From contig NW_021833753.1 in assembly GCF_006345805.1 (NCBI RefSeq), positions 1 to 64,000 of the forward strand: DNA of 64,000 bases, in the 5' to 3' direction. The position numbers were made by a program, and so were the translations under genes. This document shows positions 38,499 through 53,877 of this stretch, in pieces (position 1 is the stretch's first letter; the number at the start of each line of letters is the position of its first letter). The stretch comes from Octopus sinensis. Lineage: Eukaryota. The notes under the pieces are model-generated. The model had not been told where the DNA came from. It searched no databases and worked only from the letters and a program-made list of their open reading frames with translations.

Positions 38499-39371
38499 TA
38501 ACAATAATAATAGTAATGATAATAATAATAATAATAATTATTATTATTTTTATTATTATCATCATCCTCATCATCATCATCATTCCATTGTCCAGAGATT
38601 GTCTGATTCCTTCTTATTTAATTCTGTATCGTTTCAGCCTTCAGCACAAACTATCACTTAACTGGTTTTTCAAACGTTTTATCGATTTCACAGCAAAGGC
38701 TGACACTTGTATTCGTTTTGTTATATTCCCTGTATTTTCTTTCTTTTTTTTTAGTCTTTTTTCTTTATGGCAAGAAGGATGTAAGGGGAGGTAATTTCCT
38801 TACCAATATTCCCGTTATTGTCGTTCCCATCATGTTTATTATTTTATGATATATTTGATTTTTATTTGCTTTTTTTTGTTTTGTGCTTTTATTAATTTAT
38901 TTTCTACTACCCTACATTTCTGTGAAATATTTAAAACAAAAATATAAAACTCGTTATTTATATAGAAATTTTTTGTTGTTTTGTAGGTTTGTGTTTGTGT
39001 GTTCTTCTTTTGTTTTGTATGTTGCTTTATATTTTTTGCTGTTATTATAAACAAACTTAACAGCTTCTGGAAAGAAACCGTTATTGGCATTGTAAGATTT
39101 GAAGAAGTTATATCGCAAACACGATGAAAAAGCAAACCAATACAGACTGAAACAAATAACGCCAATAAGAAAATTAAAGAAGAAAAACACATAAAAAATA
39201 AAGTAGAAAAAACAGCAAAACTCTAACACAACAAACACCTCATAAAAATAAAAACTGGAACAGCAAGTACAACAAGAAAACGATGAAAAAAGAAACCAAC
39301 AGGAATTACACCAGCGATGATGATGATGATGATGATACGTATGATTATGACGATTATGATTATGATGTTGT

Positions 39372-39424
<53 letters not shown>

Positions 39425-40002
39425 GTGATGGAGGTTGGTGATGATGATGATGATTGTGTCGATGGTAAAAATAACTGCAATGCAAAAAGATTTTATAAAT
39501 AAGAACCAGATTCACGAAATGGTATTGATAACAGGAACAAGGAAAGCGACGAATACGACGACGACGATGATGACGATGATGACGATGATGACAACGAAGA
39601 TGATGACGATGATGACAACGAAGATGATGACGATGATGACGATGATGACAACGAAGATGATGACGATGATGATAATGACGATGAAGAGAGTGATGATGAC
39701 GGTGATGGTGTTGATGATGATGATAATTATGGTGATGATGATGATGATAATGATGATGACGATGACGATGATGACGATGTCTCCGGTGATGATGGTGATG
39801 ATGGATGAGGATGTGGATCAGGATGAAGGTGATGATAACGACGACGACGATGACAACGATGATGATGAAGACGAAGCTAATAGCAACAGCAATAGCAGGA
39901 AAATACCGAGAAAAATGACTTCAAAAACAATAAAAAAAATAAACAACAGCGCTGATGGCGCTGTTGATGATGATGATGATGATGATGGTGATGATAATTG
40001 CA

Positions 40003-40070
<68 letters not shown>

Positions 40071-40390
40071 AAGAAGAAGAAGAGAGAAAGAAGAGAAGAA
40101 TAAGAAGAAGAAAAAGAAGAGAAGAAGAAGAAGAAGAAGAAGAAGAAAAGAAGAAGAAGAATAAGCAGAAGAAGAAGAAGAACAACAACACCAACAACAA
40201 CACAACAACAACAATGGCTTCAAATTTTGTCGGAAGCCAGCGACTTGATCGGCAGCAGGACTTGATCGGTACTGTATTTCTCCAAAAGTTTGAAAGCTAA
40301 AGTTCTCCTCAGTCGAATGTGAACTCAGGATGTCAAGTTGGACGAAATGTTGCTAAGCATTTTGTCCAGCTCACATCCTTGCTGCTGCTG

Positions 40391-40440
<50 letters not shown>

Positions 40441-40453
40441 GATGCTGCTGCTG

Positions 40454-40498
<45 letters not shown>

Positions 40499-40500
40499 AT
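38290..40500. repeat. Extended trinucleotide microsatellite field (CCT/CAT/AAT/GAT/GAA/CTA)
   Basis: Directly visible, with AT-rich spacers. Confidence 0.9.
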
Positions 40501-40699
40501 GAAATTATTGGGGAGGGAGCCAGTCGATTGCATCGACTTAATTTATCAACCCCAAAAGGATGAAAAGTAAATTCGACCTCGGCGTAATTTGAAATCAGAA
40601 CGTAAATACCGAAATACCAGAGTGCATCAATCCTTATTGTTATCAGATTAATTAATCGCTTAATTGCCTAAAACGCTGCATATTTACCCCGTAAATCCA

Positions 40700-40870
40700 T
40701 CACATAGCGGCAAGGACGGCACGAGGTTTCAAGAGTGGTACAGCTGTAACGAAAGAACCCCGACAAATATTATCATTGCTTCGAATAGCAAGAGATCTCC
40801 GAAGGGTCCTTGAAGCATGATCATTAAACAAGCCGCACCTGAGTCTGCGGGCTGTGGGCAAGTGATACTT
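40700..40870 (+). mobile_element. Old 3' remnant of an R4/Dong-like LINE
   Basis: Frame ILSLLRIARDLRRVLEA* resembles the LLGTARILRxVL C-terminus. Confidence 0.45.
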
Positions 40871-41099
40871 CTGGGGGAAGAAAGGCTGCGCCCTAGTATT
40901 TGACTGGTACTTTATGGATCGCGAAAGGATAAAAGGTAAAATCGACTTCGGTGGAATTTGAACTAAGCATTTGGCTGGCGAACTAAAGGTTCTGCTAGCT
41001 CAACGCTCTAACAACAACGCTCTAACAACAACAACGACGACAATAACAATAATAACAACAACAACAACAACAACAATAATAATAATGCTGATGACGATA

Positions 41100-41153
<54 letters not shown>

Positions 41154-41154
41154 A

Positions 41155-41384
41155 TATTTCCTTACTACCCACAAGGGGCTAAACACGGAGAGGACAAACA
41201 AAGACAGACAAACGGATTAAGTCGATTATATCATCCCCAGTGCGTTACTGGTAGTTATTTAATCGACCCAGAAAGGATGAAAGGCAAAGTTGATCTCGAC
41301 AGACTTTGAACTCAGAACGTAACGGCAGACGAAATACCGCTAAGCATTTCGCCCGACGGCCTAACGTTTCTGCCAGCTCGCCGT
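41155..41384 (-). mobile_element. Family A SINE
   Basis: Near full-length reverse copy of 11879-12106. Confidence 0.85.
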
Positions 41385-41436
41385 CTGGCAGAATAATATA
41401 ATAATAATGATAATAATAATAATAATAATAATAATA

Positions 41437-41816
41437 CCAATGAGCAAAAACTTAGAAGCTATACATGGATCCTCAACACTTCACACTATCCAAGAACTAG
41501 TCTTGCTAGAAACAGCCCATATCCTATGCAAAAGACTATCTATTCGATAATACAATCTAAACGAAACAACCCCGAAAGAGAAGACTCACTCTATACAGCA
41601 ATTATCGAACGAAAGAAACTTCCACCAGCAGCCTGGATAACCAACGCATTACACCCTCAACACACAATACAAGCAGTAATACAGCAAAAGGCTGCACCAC
41701 ACCTCAAGAGAAAAAAGAGAAAAAACTAACATAATATAATACCGAGAAGAGGTTGTGCACTCCCAACAACAGAAAAGTTCACACAATGCAGCACGCACCC
41801 TAGCAATTGAACATTG

Positions 41817-41817
<1 letters not shown>
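41437..41817 (+). mobile_element. 3' end plus UTR of an R4/Dong-like LINE in (TAA)n
   Basis: KNLEAIHGSSTLHTIQELVLLETAHILCKRLSIR*, flanked by (TAA)n on both sides. Confidence 0.7.
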
Positions 41818-41847
<30 letters not shown>

Positions 41848-41864
41848 TAATAATAATAATAATA

Positions 41865-42349
41865 AGGGTCACAGAAAACGAGAAAGCAATCAATCACACT
41901 CTGGGATATGCCGATACCACAGATAGAGAAATTAAGGCCAACAGACCAGATATAGTTGTCAGAGATCATGAAGAAAAAAATGCTTTCTAATGATTTATCA
42001 AACCGGCAGATGACAACGTGTCTCTAAAAGAAATGGAGAAAATTTTCAAAATACAAAGACCTAGAAATAGAGGTAACCAAAATGTGGAATCTAAAAACAG
42101 AAACACATTCCTATCATAGCAGCTGCATTAGGCATGATAAAAAAATATTCAGAAAAATAAACAAAAACAACCAGGCTTACAAACACATATAACATACAGA
42201 AAATTGCAACTACTGCACTGCACACATCCTACGCAGAACACTTTCCATACAATAACCATCAGAGCATCACAAAAAATCACAGCACAACCCAAGGCAACAC
42301 AGCTTCGCTCGGTAGTGAAGTGAAAGCACGCTTTAAAAAGAAACTACTG
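41865..42349 (+). mobile_element. 5'-truncated R4/Dong-like LINE, restriction-like endonuclease domain, in (TAA)n
   Basis: Frameshifted peptide LWDMPI..TDREIKANRPDIVVRDHEEK...KYKDLEIEVTKMWNLKT...TAHILRRTLSIQ* carries the RPD..D endonuclease motif. Confidence 0.9.
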
Positions 42350-42515
42350 AATAATAATAATAATATAATAATATAATAATAATAATATAATAATAATAAT
42401 AATGATAATAATAATAATAATAATAACTAATAATAATAAAAAAATAGTAGTAGTAGTAGTTGTAGTAATAATAATCTAAAAAAATTAATAATAATAATAA
42501 TAATAATAGTAGTAA

Positions 42516-42547
<32 letters not shown>

Positions 42548-42569
42548 ATGATAATAATATGAAAAAATA

Positions 42570-42626
<57 letters not shown>

Positions 42627-42763
42627 CCCCATTATACCTAGCAGCAACTATATTCCAAAAATGGCGTTAACAACAACAGCATAGAGAATAATATTTAGCA
42701 TACAAAAAACATCTTAAATAAAAACTAATTTAATTAATATACACATACATATATACGTGTGTG

Positions 42764-42844
<81 letters not shown>

Positions 42845-43324
42845 GGGTGTGTATTGTATGTATGTATATGTAACATGAAAAAAGCAAAACGCTATATAAC
42901 AATATAACGATGTTGTGGACGAAACCAGTTAAAAGCAGATCAACGCTTGAGTGTAATTGCTTGAAGAGAGAACTAATTTATTTGAAGTAAAGTGTTAGAT
43001 GTAAACATTTAATAATGTTTTACATTGTTGTTTAAATACCTACATATCGCTTTTATGTAAATGAAGTTGGTTTTTATTTGGTGAATGTTTTTGTTTTTGT
43101 TTTTTTTATAATTATTTTTCATTTGTTTTTTTTTATTGCATTTTTTGAGATTTTACCGACTGATGCACCAATCATATTGACATAATTGAAAATATCCTCT
43201 GACAATTTTCGTTGGCTTGAAGGCAGACTAGGTGCCGTCTAGGACAACAACAACAACAACAACAACAACAATAATAATAAAGGCAATTGCCGTTGCTGCT
43301 AGTGATGGTACTACCACCAACACC

Positions 43325-43398
<74 letters not shown>

Positions 43399-43413
43399 CA
43401 CCACCACTTCTAC

Positions 43414-43828
43414 GGTTCTTTTCAGTTTGAACGGCAATTTTTTTCTAGCGATGTCATATGAAATTGTCACCCATAATTATGACCCTAGTATCGAGCTATT
43501 GCATTTCAATCTGTTTTAGGGTTAGGGTTAGGGGTGGGGGGACGGGTATCGGGTTTTCTTCAGAAATGTAAATAAACCCAATCTGTTTCTTAAAAGAGCG
43601 ACATTTTCATACGACACATAATGTTTTCACCTCAATAGACGTCATTGATTGGTTGAAATTGCAGAAATTGAAGAAAGAAAACAGCAAATATTTAAAGATT
43701 ATAGAATTTTCTCAAAAAAGCCAAGAGAAAAAGATGTTTTATAAACACATTCTACCAGTATACGAAGTTTAAAAGTGTTTAGTTACGTGGAAATTATTTT
43801 TAAAAACTGCCGGTGAAACCGAAAAGAT

Positions 43829-43830
<2 letters not shown>
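43414..43830. mobile_element. MITE with ~29-bp terminal inverted repeats and internal TTAGGG motifs, inserted in (CTA)n
   Basis: GGTTCTTTTCAGTTTGAACGGCAATTTTT versus the right-end reverse complement GGATCTTTTCGGTTTCACCGGCAGTTTTT. Flanks ACTTCTAC/ACTACTAC could be an 8-bp TSD. Confidence 0.75.
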
Positions 43831-43863
<33 letters not shown>

Positions 43864-43888
43864 GCTGCTGCTGCTGTCGCTGCCGCTA

Positions 43889-43923
<35 letters not shown>

Positions 43924-44068
43924 TATTCTCGCACATTTCCAAAAGTCTTTATATTGCCAAACGTACATCCTGCATGTTACGCCGACATACTTGATATGAT
44001 AATGAGGGCGATGGTAATGAAATGGTGATAATTACGACGATGACGAAGATGCGGATAACGACGACGAC

Positions 44069-44119
<51 letters not shown>

Positions 44120-44185
44120 GATGATGATGATGATGATGATGAAGAAGATGATGATGATGATGATGACGACGACGACGACGACGAC

Positions 44186-44216
<31 letters not shown>

Positions 44217-44585
44217 TGATGATGATGATGATGATGATGATGACGACGTCGGCGGCGATTTGGCTGAGAACAGCGTTGATGAATGAGACCCTCTATCAAA
44301 GTTATTACAGACATGAACGGCTTAATATTTCTCAAAGTACAGCGTATCTAAGACCAAATCTTTCTCTAACAGGTCTTCGTTTAACAATCGTTATTCCGAC
44401 CGTGAATTCGCAGAAATTTCAAACAGATCTCCATTTGTATTGAAAGCAATACCAGTTCCCTGAAACCTAAACTTGTTTCCGGATGGTGGAATGCAATTAA
44501 CGATGGAATCCTTATGTCACCGGTTTGGAAGCGGTAGAATACCGACTTTTACCATCAGATTTTTAACTTTTGAAAAATATGCATA

Positions 44586-44757
44586 AGGCGCAGGCGTGGC
44601 TGTGTGGTAAGAAGTTTGTTTACCGACCATATGGTTCCGAGTTCAGTCCACTGTGTAGCTCCTTGGGGAAGTATCATCTCTTCTACTATAGCTTCGGGCC
44701 GACCATAACCACATGAAGCACGTCAATAAATATACACGCACATCTATCTATCTATCT

Positions 44758-44826
<69 letters not shown>

Positions 44827-45090
44827 ACATACATACATACATACATACATATACATACATACATTTATACATATTGATATGTATATATTTATGTGTGTGT
44901 GTCTCTGTGCCTTTATTTGTCCCTCACCACCGATTCACAGCCGGTGTTGGTTTATTTAGGTCTCCGTAACGTAGCGTTTCGGCAAAAGAGATCGGGAGAA
45001 TAAGTGCCAGGCTTATTGGAAAAAAAAGTATTGATGTTAATTCATTCCACTAAAGATTCTTCAAACGGTGCTCCAGGATGGCCGTAATCT
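44586..45090 (+). mobile_element. Family B SINE with expanded (TATC)n/(TACA)n centre
   Basis: AGGCGCAGGCGTGGCTGTGTGGTAAG head and family B tail. A reverse family A copy (about 45095-45262) follows within the tail. Confidence 0.8.
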
Positions 45091-45644
45091 TTTTTTTCTC
45101 ACTTTATGAACAAGGCTCGAATTTTGGGGGCAAGGGGCCAGTCGAATAAATCGACCCCAAGACGCGACTGGTACTTAATTTATCGACACCGAAATTATGA
45201 GTGGTGAAGTCGACCTCGCCGGAATTTGAACTCAGAACACAAAGACAGATGAAATACCGCCTTAGGAGATCCTAATCTAATGACTGAAGTAAGTGAGGCA
45301 TAAAAGTTTCATATATTTGAGTGTCATGAAAAAAAAAAACGCCAACTATTCGATAATTTCATAAGATATTAAGGCAAGAGGGAAGACAGATGTCACGAAC
45401 CGTTCCAGGATGAACAAAACTGCCGATAGGACAATAGGAAAGTTTCTGCAAACAGGACACATGACAAGAATGCTTGCAAACTTAGTATCTACTGAAGGCA
45501 CTCGGAAGTATTTGGTGGTATCCTTGTGTGTGTCGGAAGTCTAAGCGTATCTCAAGAGAAGATTATGGCGGTATTTGAACACAGCGTGTAAAGATTCGGA
45601 ATAAACACTGCAAAATATCCAAAACACGATTCTCGATTGACATA

Positions 45645-45940
45645 TGGTAATCCCTTGACTATCGCGGGTGTTACGTTCTAACCACCCCCCACGATAGGTA
45701 AAACTCTAAGAAGTAGAAACATTATTATATATTTTTTAAAATTATTTTTATAATTTGTATACAGGGTGCGCAAGATATTTGAGGACAATAAAAAAAAACA
45801 TGTATAATTACAGATAATAATTGTTTTTATCAAAAATGCTATGAGGATACAAATAAACCTTTTCTATAATGTTATTTAATAAAGCCGCCTTCAGGTTCAA
45901 CAAGTGCTTCTATATGAAATCTAAATCATCTACATGCTTC
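45645..45940. mobile_element. Partial Tigger-type MITE followed by a Tc1/mariner-like end
   Basis: GGTAATCCCTTGACTATCGCG matches the 8690 MITE end. TA|CAGGGTG at 45762. Confidence 0.5.
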
Positions 45941-46814
45941 TGTTTTTGAGTCTTGAGTTCAATTTCCGTTGAGATCGACTTTAACTTTCATCCTTCTGGT
46001 TCAATATCATAAGTACCAGTTGAGTGCTTGGGTCGATGTCATCAACTTTTGCACTCTCTCGAAGTTACTGGTCTTGTACTAAATTTTGAAGCCATTGTTA
46101 AAACATATCAATGTTATCATAAGCTTGTCCGTCGATCTTCACGTAGAGGAGGCAATTGTTCTATCACTGGAACTACCTGCTCATTGAAATAGGGTGTAAA
46201 TGGATGGCCATTCCACAGATACATGTACCCTTAAAGTAATCCGCAGACAGATTTAGCGTGGCGCAGAGAGACAAAGTTTGTATGTCTCAGTTACGGTGAC
46301 TATCTCTCCGACCTGCTTCATTTTAGCCCGTCCATTGAATTTCAATTACAATGCGTTGATTCAGTACATCTATGCCACCCGTCTACTTAAAATAATGGTT
46401 TCAAATTTTCCTAGATTTGAAATTGTTTTTATTTTATCGATCGCAACAGGATGAAAGGTAAAGTAAACCGCGACGGAATTTGAACTCAGAACGTAAAGAC
46501 GGACGAAATACCGCCAAGATTTTAGTCCAGTGTGTCTACGATTCAGCTACATCACCGCCTTATATAGTTAGAGTAATAATTCTTACTCTAATTATTACTC
46601 TAGTTAGAGTAATAATTTGCAGAATGACAAAAATCCCATTATGTATTTATGACACTTAAAACACATTTTGTTTTCAAAGAACGTCTTAGAAAAGAAAAAA
46701 GAAATCACCCCTTCGTATACGTAAAGTTAGGTTTCCAATAAGCATTAACGCACTAAGCAAATCTTTTCGTGAACATGGGGTGAGGAAAAGGAAGTGCATT
46801 AATGTGACCGTTGT

Positions 46815-47060
46815 GAAGTCACGTGGCCTAGCAGTGAAAGTGTTGGATTCATGATCGTGTTTTCGAATCCTGAATCGGGCAAAACGTTGTGTTTTTGAGC
46901 AAAACGTTGTGTTTTATATCGTTTCCCGTTGCTTCTCTCTACTCAGCTTGCAAAAATGAGTAATCCTCCGCCGGGCCGGCGTCCCGTCCAGGTGGGGAAT
47001 ATATACACCATGACACCAAAGAAACCGGCCCTTGTGAGTCCGAATGACTCAAAAAGGTAG
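46815..47060 (+). mobile_element. Degenerate family C SINE (37500-type tail)
   Basis: CCGGCGTCCCGTCCAGGTGGGGAAT...GAAACCGGCCCTTGTGAG. Confidence 0.65.
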
Positions 47061-48069
47061 CTTCACCTTACCTTACTTATTAATGTACCCGTGCATCTTA
47101 TATTCTTTGAAATAGGACAAATGTTTCAAGTACGTTGTCTGATAATGCATTATCAATGTAGAACACACGTCCACGACTCAAACTGATGTTGTTGTAGATT
47201 TTTAAACACAGTTCATTCCTACACATAACAAAAAGGCGGAACGGGCGCCATTACACTGTGCAAAAATTACATGTCTACATCATCTGGGCTGACCCCTGGA
47301 GCTAAACAATTACAATAACGAAAAAATGTTTTACTTTTTTTTTTAAAAATTAAACAAACGAAAAGTAATTAGAATGAAGCCGAAAACTACAACAACAACA
47401 ACAACAACTACTACTACTACAACAATAATAATAATGTAAACAACATCAACATAACTATGAGATAAAGGAATCCTGAGCGAAACGAAATCAATTTAAAAAT
47501 GAAAATGAAAATAAGCAAAACCCAAAATGAAAGACGTTATTAGAAAAACAAAGTTACTAAAACCACAATTACGAAAACTAAACAAATTGTATAGACAAAA
47601 CAAATATAGACAAACAAACACACAGACGATGAATAACAGAAAAAGTAAGCAGAGTAAAGCGCAATAACAACAACATGAATAGCGTTAAGGAAAGCTTTTA
47701 TCTAAATTAGTTTAGTTTAACTAAAGAGATCGTGTTTTAATGTTGCGATATTCAAGAAAGTACAGGGAGCAAGTAAGGAGGAAAAGAAAAAAAAAAGGTT
47801 ATGGCTATGGTGGAGGTGGTGGTGGTTGTGGTGATGGTGGTGGTGGTGGTGGTGGTGGTGGGGTTCGCGGAGGGAATAAATAATGAAAGAAATTAAAACT
47901 TCTGGAAAAATTATGCCCAACCAATGTTGATAATGATGATGATGATGATGATGATAATAATAATAATAATGAAGTTAGGAGAAACAGATTTAGATGTACA
48001 CACATATAAGCGTCTATATTTATTTGTATGTATGCTTATATGTATACCCTTGGGTATATACATGTATTA

Positions 48070-48660
<591 letters not shown>

Positions 48661-49603
48661 CTCCTCTCAATTGTCTTCAAAATGGCGTTATTTGTTTTCT
48701 TTGAAAGTATGTCTCCTTTTTTTCTAATTTTTCTTTTTAATCTTAGATTAGTTCAGATATATTTTCCTACACAGTGTCCTCTTGGAAAATTCAGATTTCA
48801 TCACATCACTCTCTTTCACGTCAAACGAATTATTTTCTTTGTGAGAGATCGTATTTTCTTTTCATCTTATACTTCTTTCAGCCATTGGAATGCCGCTCTG
48901 CTATAGCACCTCCCTGAAGGGTTCAGTCGAATAAATCTACTCCAGTTCTTATTTAAAAACAAAAAAAACACTGTTATTATTCTACCGGTTTCTACGTTAC
49001 CACTATGTTACGGTGATGTAAGCAGACCGACCCCCTTTAAGGCTGATATGGAGCGAAATATCAGCATTAATAAGAAATGATTCATACACATTTTTATTTA
49101 TTCTCACAAGTTTCTCAACCAAATTTGGTTGACCAGGCATGCCTAGATGTAAGCTAGGCTGTGCGGTTATGCTTCATTCCGCGTCATTTTTGCCAGGTGT
49201 CTTCTATTATAATTCGATGGCTGACCAATATCATGTGAGAGAACTTAATTGCGAGAAATTGTGTGGAAGCTCGACTTATGTCAGTAACTATAAGTATGTT
49301 TGGCAGTCTCTGTGATCAAACCTTCTCCAGCCACTCTTTCTATTTCACTAACTTAGCAGCTCAGCAACTGACAGAATAGCAACCTAACTTAAGTAATAGA
49401 ACTGGTCGTTTTCTTTCGATAATTTTTTCAAAATGGTGTACCAGCATGGCCGTTGCTCAGTTACTGAAACTAGTGAAGAAGAGATAAATTTTGTTGTCGA
49501 TGACTATCTTAATATTGCTCTCTATAATATACTCTATAAACTGAAGTAGACCTATATATATATAAATATACACACACATATATATATATACATATATGTA
49601 CGT

Positions 49604-49654
<51 letters not shown>

Positions 49655-50864
49655 AGAGCCTATACTGCTCAGTGCAGTCCATTTCTAAAGAAAAACGCAT
49701 GGTAACATCAGTGCTAGTTGGTCACAGTTCTTAGCAAGTTCAGCTTAAACATAGAATCTCCTTCGATAAATTCTGTATATTTCCAGTATATTTACTGTTG
49801 TTGTTGTTGTTTGATTTTCAGTTAAGTCATGTTGCATTTGGTATTTCTTGTTTCGTAACTTGTGCTTTGGTGTTCCTGGAAGGTAAAAATGGCGCTAATT
49901 CGCATTGAGGAAAAAATCTGTATTTTTATAATAAACAGAGACGTTATTTCCCTACTTGTCATCCGTATATTTTATGCAGATTTTTCAGAAAATATTATTA
50001 GCATGTTGCCATTTTCATGACATACTTTATACTTAATATTCCATAATATTTTTGCAACAAATAACCACTAAATTTGTCTCACACCACCCGCCACCTCGTC
50101 TTCCATATCTCTCAGAAAATACGCATACGTATGTACATACATAGATACACACACACACACACACACACACACAGATTTGTATATATATGTATATATATAC
50201 ATATATCAACATATAAATTGATATATATGAATTTATACATACTCATAAATGTATATATATATATATATATACACACACATGTATATTTGTGGATGTATAT
50301 ATATGTATGTGCGTGTGTCCGTGTGTATGTGCTGTGTGTGTGTATCAGCGTGTGTGTGTATGTATATCTGAGTGCTTGTGCGTGTGTATGTGTATCTGTG
50401 TGTGTGTGTGCGTGTGTGCGTGTGTGAATATTGCTAAAATTAAATGCATTTGCATAACCGTTTAATGCATTTTATAATGTAGCGGTGTATATACGCAGGC
50501 AATTGAATTAATATACATATATAAATGCATAGAAACCTACAAACACACAGGTACCTACAAGCATGCGTACACCACATAGACGCATGCACACAAATATAAT
50601 TTTTTCCATAATCCTTTATGGTTTCACAAGCATCGTCGGGGAAATATAGTTGATGGTTAAGATGGTGATGCCGGTGATAATTCGATGATGATGATGGTGA
50701 TGGTGGTGGTGGTGGTGATGGTGGTGGTGGTGGTGGTGGTGGTGGTGGTGATGGTGACGACGGCAAAGACTACAGCGACGACGCCTGCAACAACGGACAT
50801 AAACGTTGTTGGTTAAACGTGTGATACGAAATATACAGCTTTTAGCATTCTACTTTCAGGTTAC

Positions 50865-50922
<58 letters not shown>

Positions 50923-50974
50923 ACACATACACACACATACATTCCCCCACACAGATACACTCACACTCATACAC

Positions 50975-51022
<48 letters not shown>

Positions 51023-51883
51023 GTATGTGTATATATTATATGCATGCTGTCGTGTGTTTGTGTGTGCCTGTATGTTTTTGTGTACATGTGTAAAATCCTA
51101 TGACTATATCTAATAGCTACTCACGTTTTTTTTTAAAGGAGAGCGATGTTACAGCTTGCCTATTTTAGTTGCTATTTTTAGCAGGTTAGTATCGTTGCAT
51201 TAATCATCTATGTGAAACAGAATTTTTGGGACCAAGAACGATAGCATCAGATTCCAAGACGATCATGTATCGTCGTATTTCCTGCCACTAACAATGAGAA
51301 AAGCACCGTTTCATTCATCGAAGAATTGGAAATTCTTCGATCGATGATGTCCCAATACAGATAGCTGTTGTTGTAAAGCTAGTAACATTCTCTTACTATT
51401 CCTTTCGCCTCTCGTCCAGATGAAGAATCATCTGCTAACGATTCTGCCAGATCGTCGCCCAAGACGTATTTCAAAATTGGTTCCAAAGTTTTGTGCGAAG
51501 CTAGTAATTGTGTGTGGCGTGGGGGTTGTAGATTCAAGTCAATTGCATCATCAGAAAATGGAATTCCTGCGATACGTTATTCAAAATCACTACAATTGTT
51601 TCGGGACCTCCTAGCGCAGCGTATGTCACTGATCTAGCCCGAGGGTATATATATACCCACATTGCAGATCGAATCCGGCGTTTTCAGGAAAGGGGTAGAC
51701 TATATAAGGACAACGGTCTCTTCATACTAGGTAGGTGCATTAAAGCATAAATTGGAGAGATATAGGAAGCAACTTTTCATGCAAGATTTACATCAAATTA
51801 GGATATGATCTGAAAAAGTTCCATAAGTCAATCGAGAACCTGAGGTATATAAATGCAACGTCTAATCACTCTTCTACCTATTG

Positions 51884-51921
<38 letters not shown>

Positions 51922-51947
51922 TTATATATATATATATATATACGTAA

Positions 51948-52150
51948 TTCTTTTATTCTTTTACTTGTTTCAGTCATTTGACTGCGGCCATGTGGAGCAC
52001 CAGATTTCAGGGTTGTAGTCGAAGAAATCGACCACAGGACTTACTCTTTGTAAACCTAGTACTGATGCTATAGGTGTCTTTTGTTACGGTGGCATAAACA
52101 GACCAACATCGGTTGTTAAGCGATGGTGGAAGGGACAAACACAAACATAA
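51948..52150 (-). mobile_element. Family B SINE, 3' half
   Basis: CTTTTACTTGTTTCAGTCATTTGACTGCGGCCATG tail. Confidence 0.75.
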
Positions 52151-52189
52151 AGACGCACATATACATAAATACATATATATATATATGTG

Positions 52190-52241
<52 letters not shown>

Positions 52242-52605
52242 TATATAAAGACGTATATAAGTTGCAAGGATCTGAATGCACGAAGCTTGTAAAACGCGTG
52301 CAGTCCGTGACAAGAATATAAAACAACGTTCAAGAACAATAATAACTTATTGGCGTCGAAGGTTGTAAGCTTTTCCCATATTGAATTTCGTTGAATTTCG
52401 ATAAGCTCAAAAAATATTTTTATAGCGAACGGTTTGCAACTTCAGTTGCTCTGAATGCAAATAAATATCGAAATTGATAGGGTGGTGCAGGTAAAATCTC
52501 GTCTACCTATGTTTCCCAGTAGCAGATCCTCTGATGCAATAAATATTCAATGAGGCTACCTAGCTGCTAATCAGGCCGAAGATGCTCTTATATCCATCTA
52601 TCTAT

Positions 52606-52705
<100 letters not shown>

Positions 52706-53262
52706 ATGTATGCATATTATACATACACACACACACATATATATATATATACATATACATATATACATATGCATATATGTATATATAAGTATATAACAAT
52801 ATATATAACAATATATATATATATATATATATAAAGAGAGAGGTTTTCTTTAAGTATTAGAAATAGTTTTTAAAAAGTTTTTTTAGCTGCTATTTCTAAT
52901 GAGTTCAGTATGCGGCAAAGTAATTTATTTTACTAAGCCCTTTTATATAATGTAATAATTTGAATTCGCCTTAAATGGTCCCTTTGCATACTGAATACTT
53001 GGTGAATTGATTAATTAATTAATTTTACCCTCAATTGTTGAAATTATAATTCATCTCTCTCTATTTAATGCCTCGGATTTTACCGAAAAAAGCATAGTGT
53101 TTGCTGATTTTAACGCGACGCTGGTGGAAAGGGGAGAGCAGAAATTCTTCGCTTGCATATTTGAGTTTGCTGGCACTGTTAGTTTCGAGCAGATCTTCAG
53201 AAGCGATAAGAAGCCGAAAGGATATGCTCCCACTTTCAGTGTTTTCAAATCCAAACCAGGGA

Positions 53263-53325
53263 GTTCTGAGCTGATGATAGAAGTGTCGAGTTTGACTAAT
53301 CTTGAAACGTACGTTCTCAAATAAC
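53263..53325 (+). ncRNA. Type I hammerhead ribozyme variant
   Basis: TGAG-CTGATGA-T-AGA..GTCGA-GT-TTGAC..TCT-T-GAAAC-GTAC-GTT-CTCA. Predicted cleavage after 53315, with an atypical U-U pair at 10.1-11.1. Confidence 0.65.
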
Positions 53326-53814
53326 CTTTGCATTTGATTTTTTAATGTCTCTACCCCCATACTTTCGTGGGTTGAATTGAGCAAGCACTATATGAGAGAG
53401 GTTTTCTTTAAGTATTAGAAATAGTTTTAAAAAAGTTTTTTTAGCTGCTATTTCTAATGAGTTCAGTATGCGGCAAAGTAATTTATTTTACTAAGCCCTT
53501 TTATATAATGTAATAATTTGAATTCGCCTTAAATGGTCCCTTTGCATACTGAATACTTGGTGAAATTGATTAATTAATTAATTTTACCCTCAATTGTTGA
53601 AATTATAATTCATCTCTCTATATTTAATGCCTCGGATTTTACCGAAAAACATAGTGGTTTGCTGATTTTAACCCACGCTGGTGGAAAGGGGAAGCAGAAA
53701 TTCTTCGCTTGCATATTTGAGTTTGCTGGCACTGTTAGTTTCGAGCAGATCTCAGAAGCGATAAGAAGCCGAAGGATATGCTCCCACTTTCAGTGTTTTC
53801 AAACAAACCAGGGA

Positions 53815-53877
53815 GTTCTGAGCTGATGATAGAAGTGTCGAGTTTGACTAATCTTGAAACGTACGTTCTCAAATAAC
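53815..53877 (+). ncRNA. Type I hammerhead ribozyme variant
   Basis: Identical to the 53263 motif. Predicted cleavage after 53867. Confidence 0.65.

Noticed and set aside
43516-43541. Telomere or interstitial telomeric array
   Set aside because: Only three TTAGGG units, internal to a MITE.
44457-44478. miR-125-like TCCCTGAAACCTAAACTTGT
   Set aside because: Seed mismatch plus further mismatches, and no convincing precursor hairpin.
52270-52310. Hammerhead-like skeleton with an ACGCGT palindrome
   Set aside because: Both core motifs are defective; too degenerate to call.
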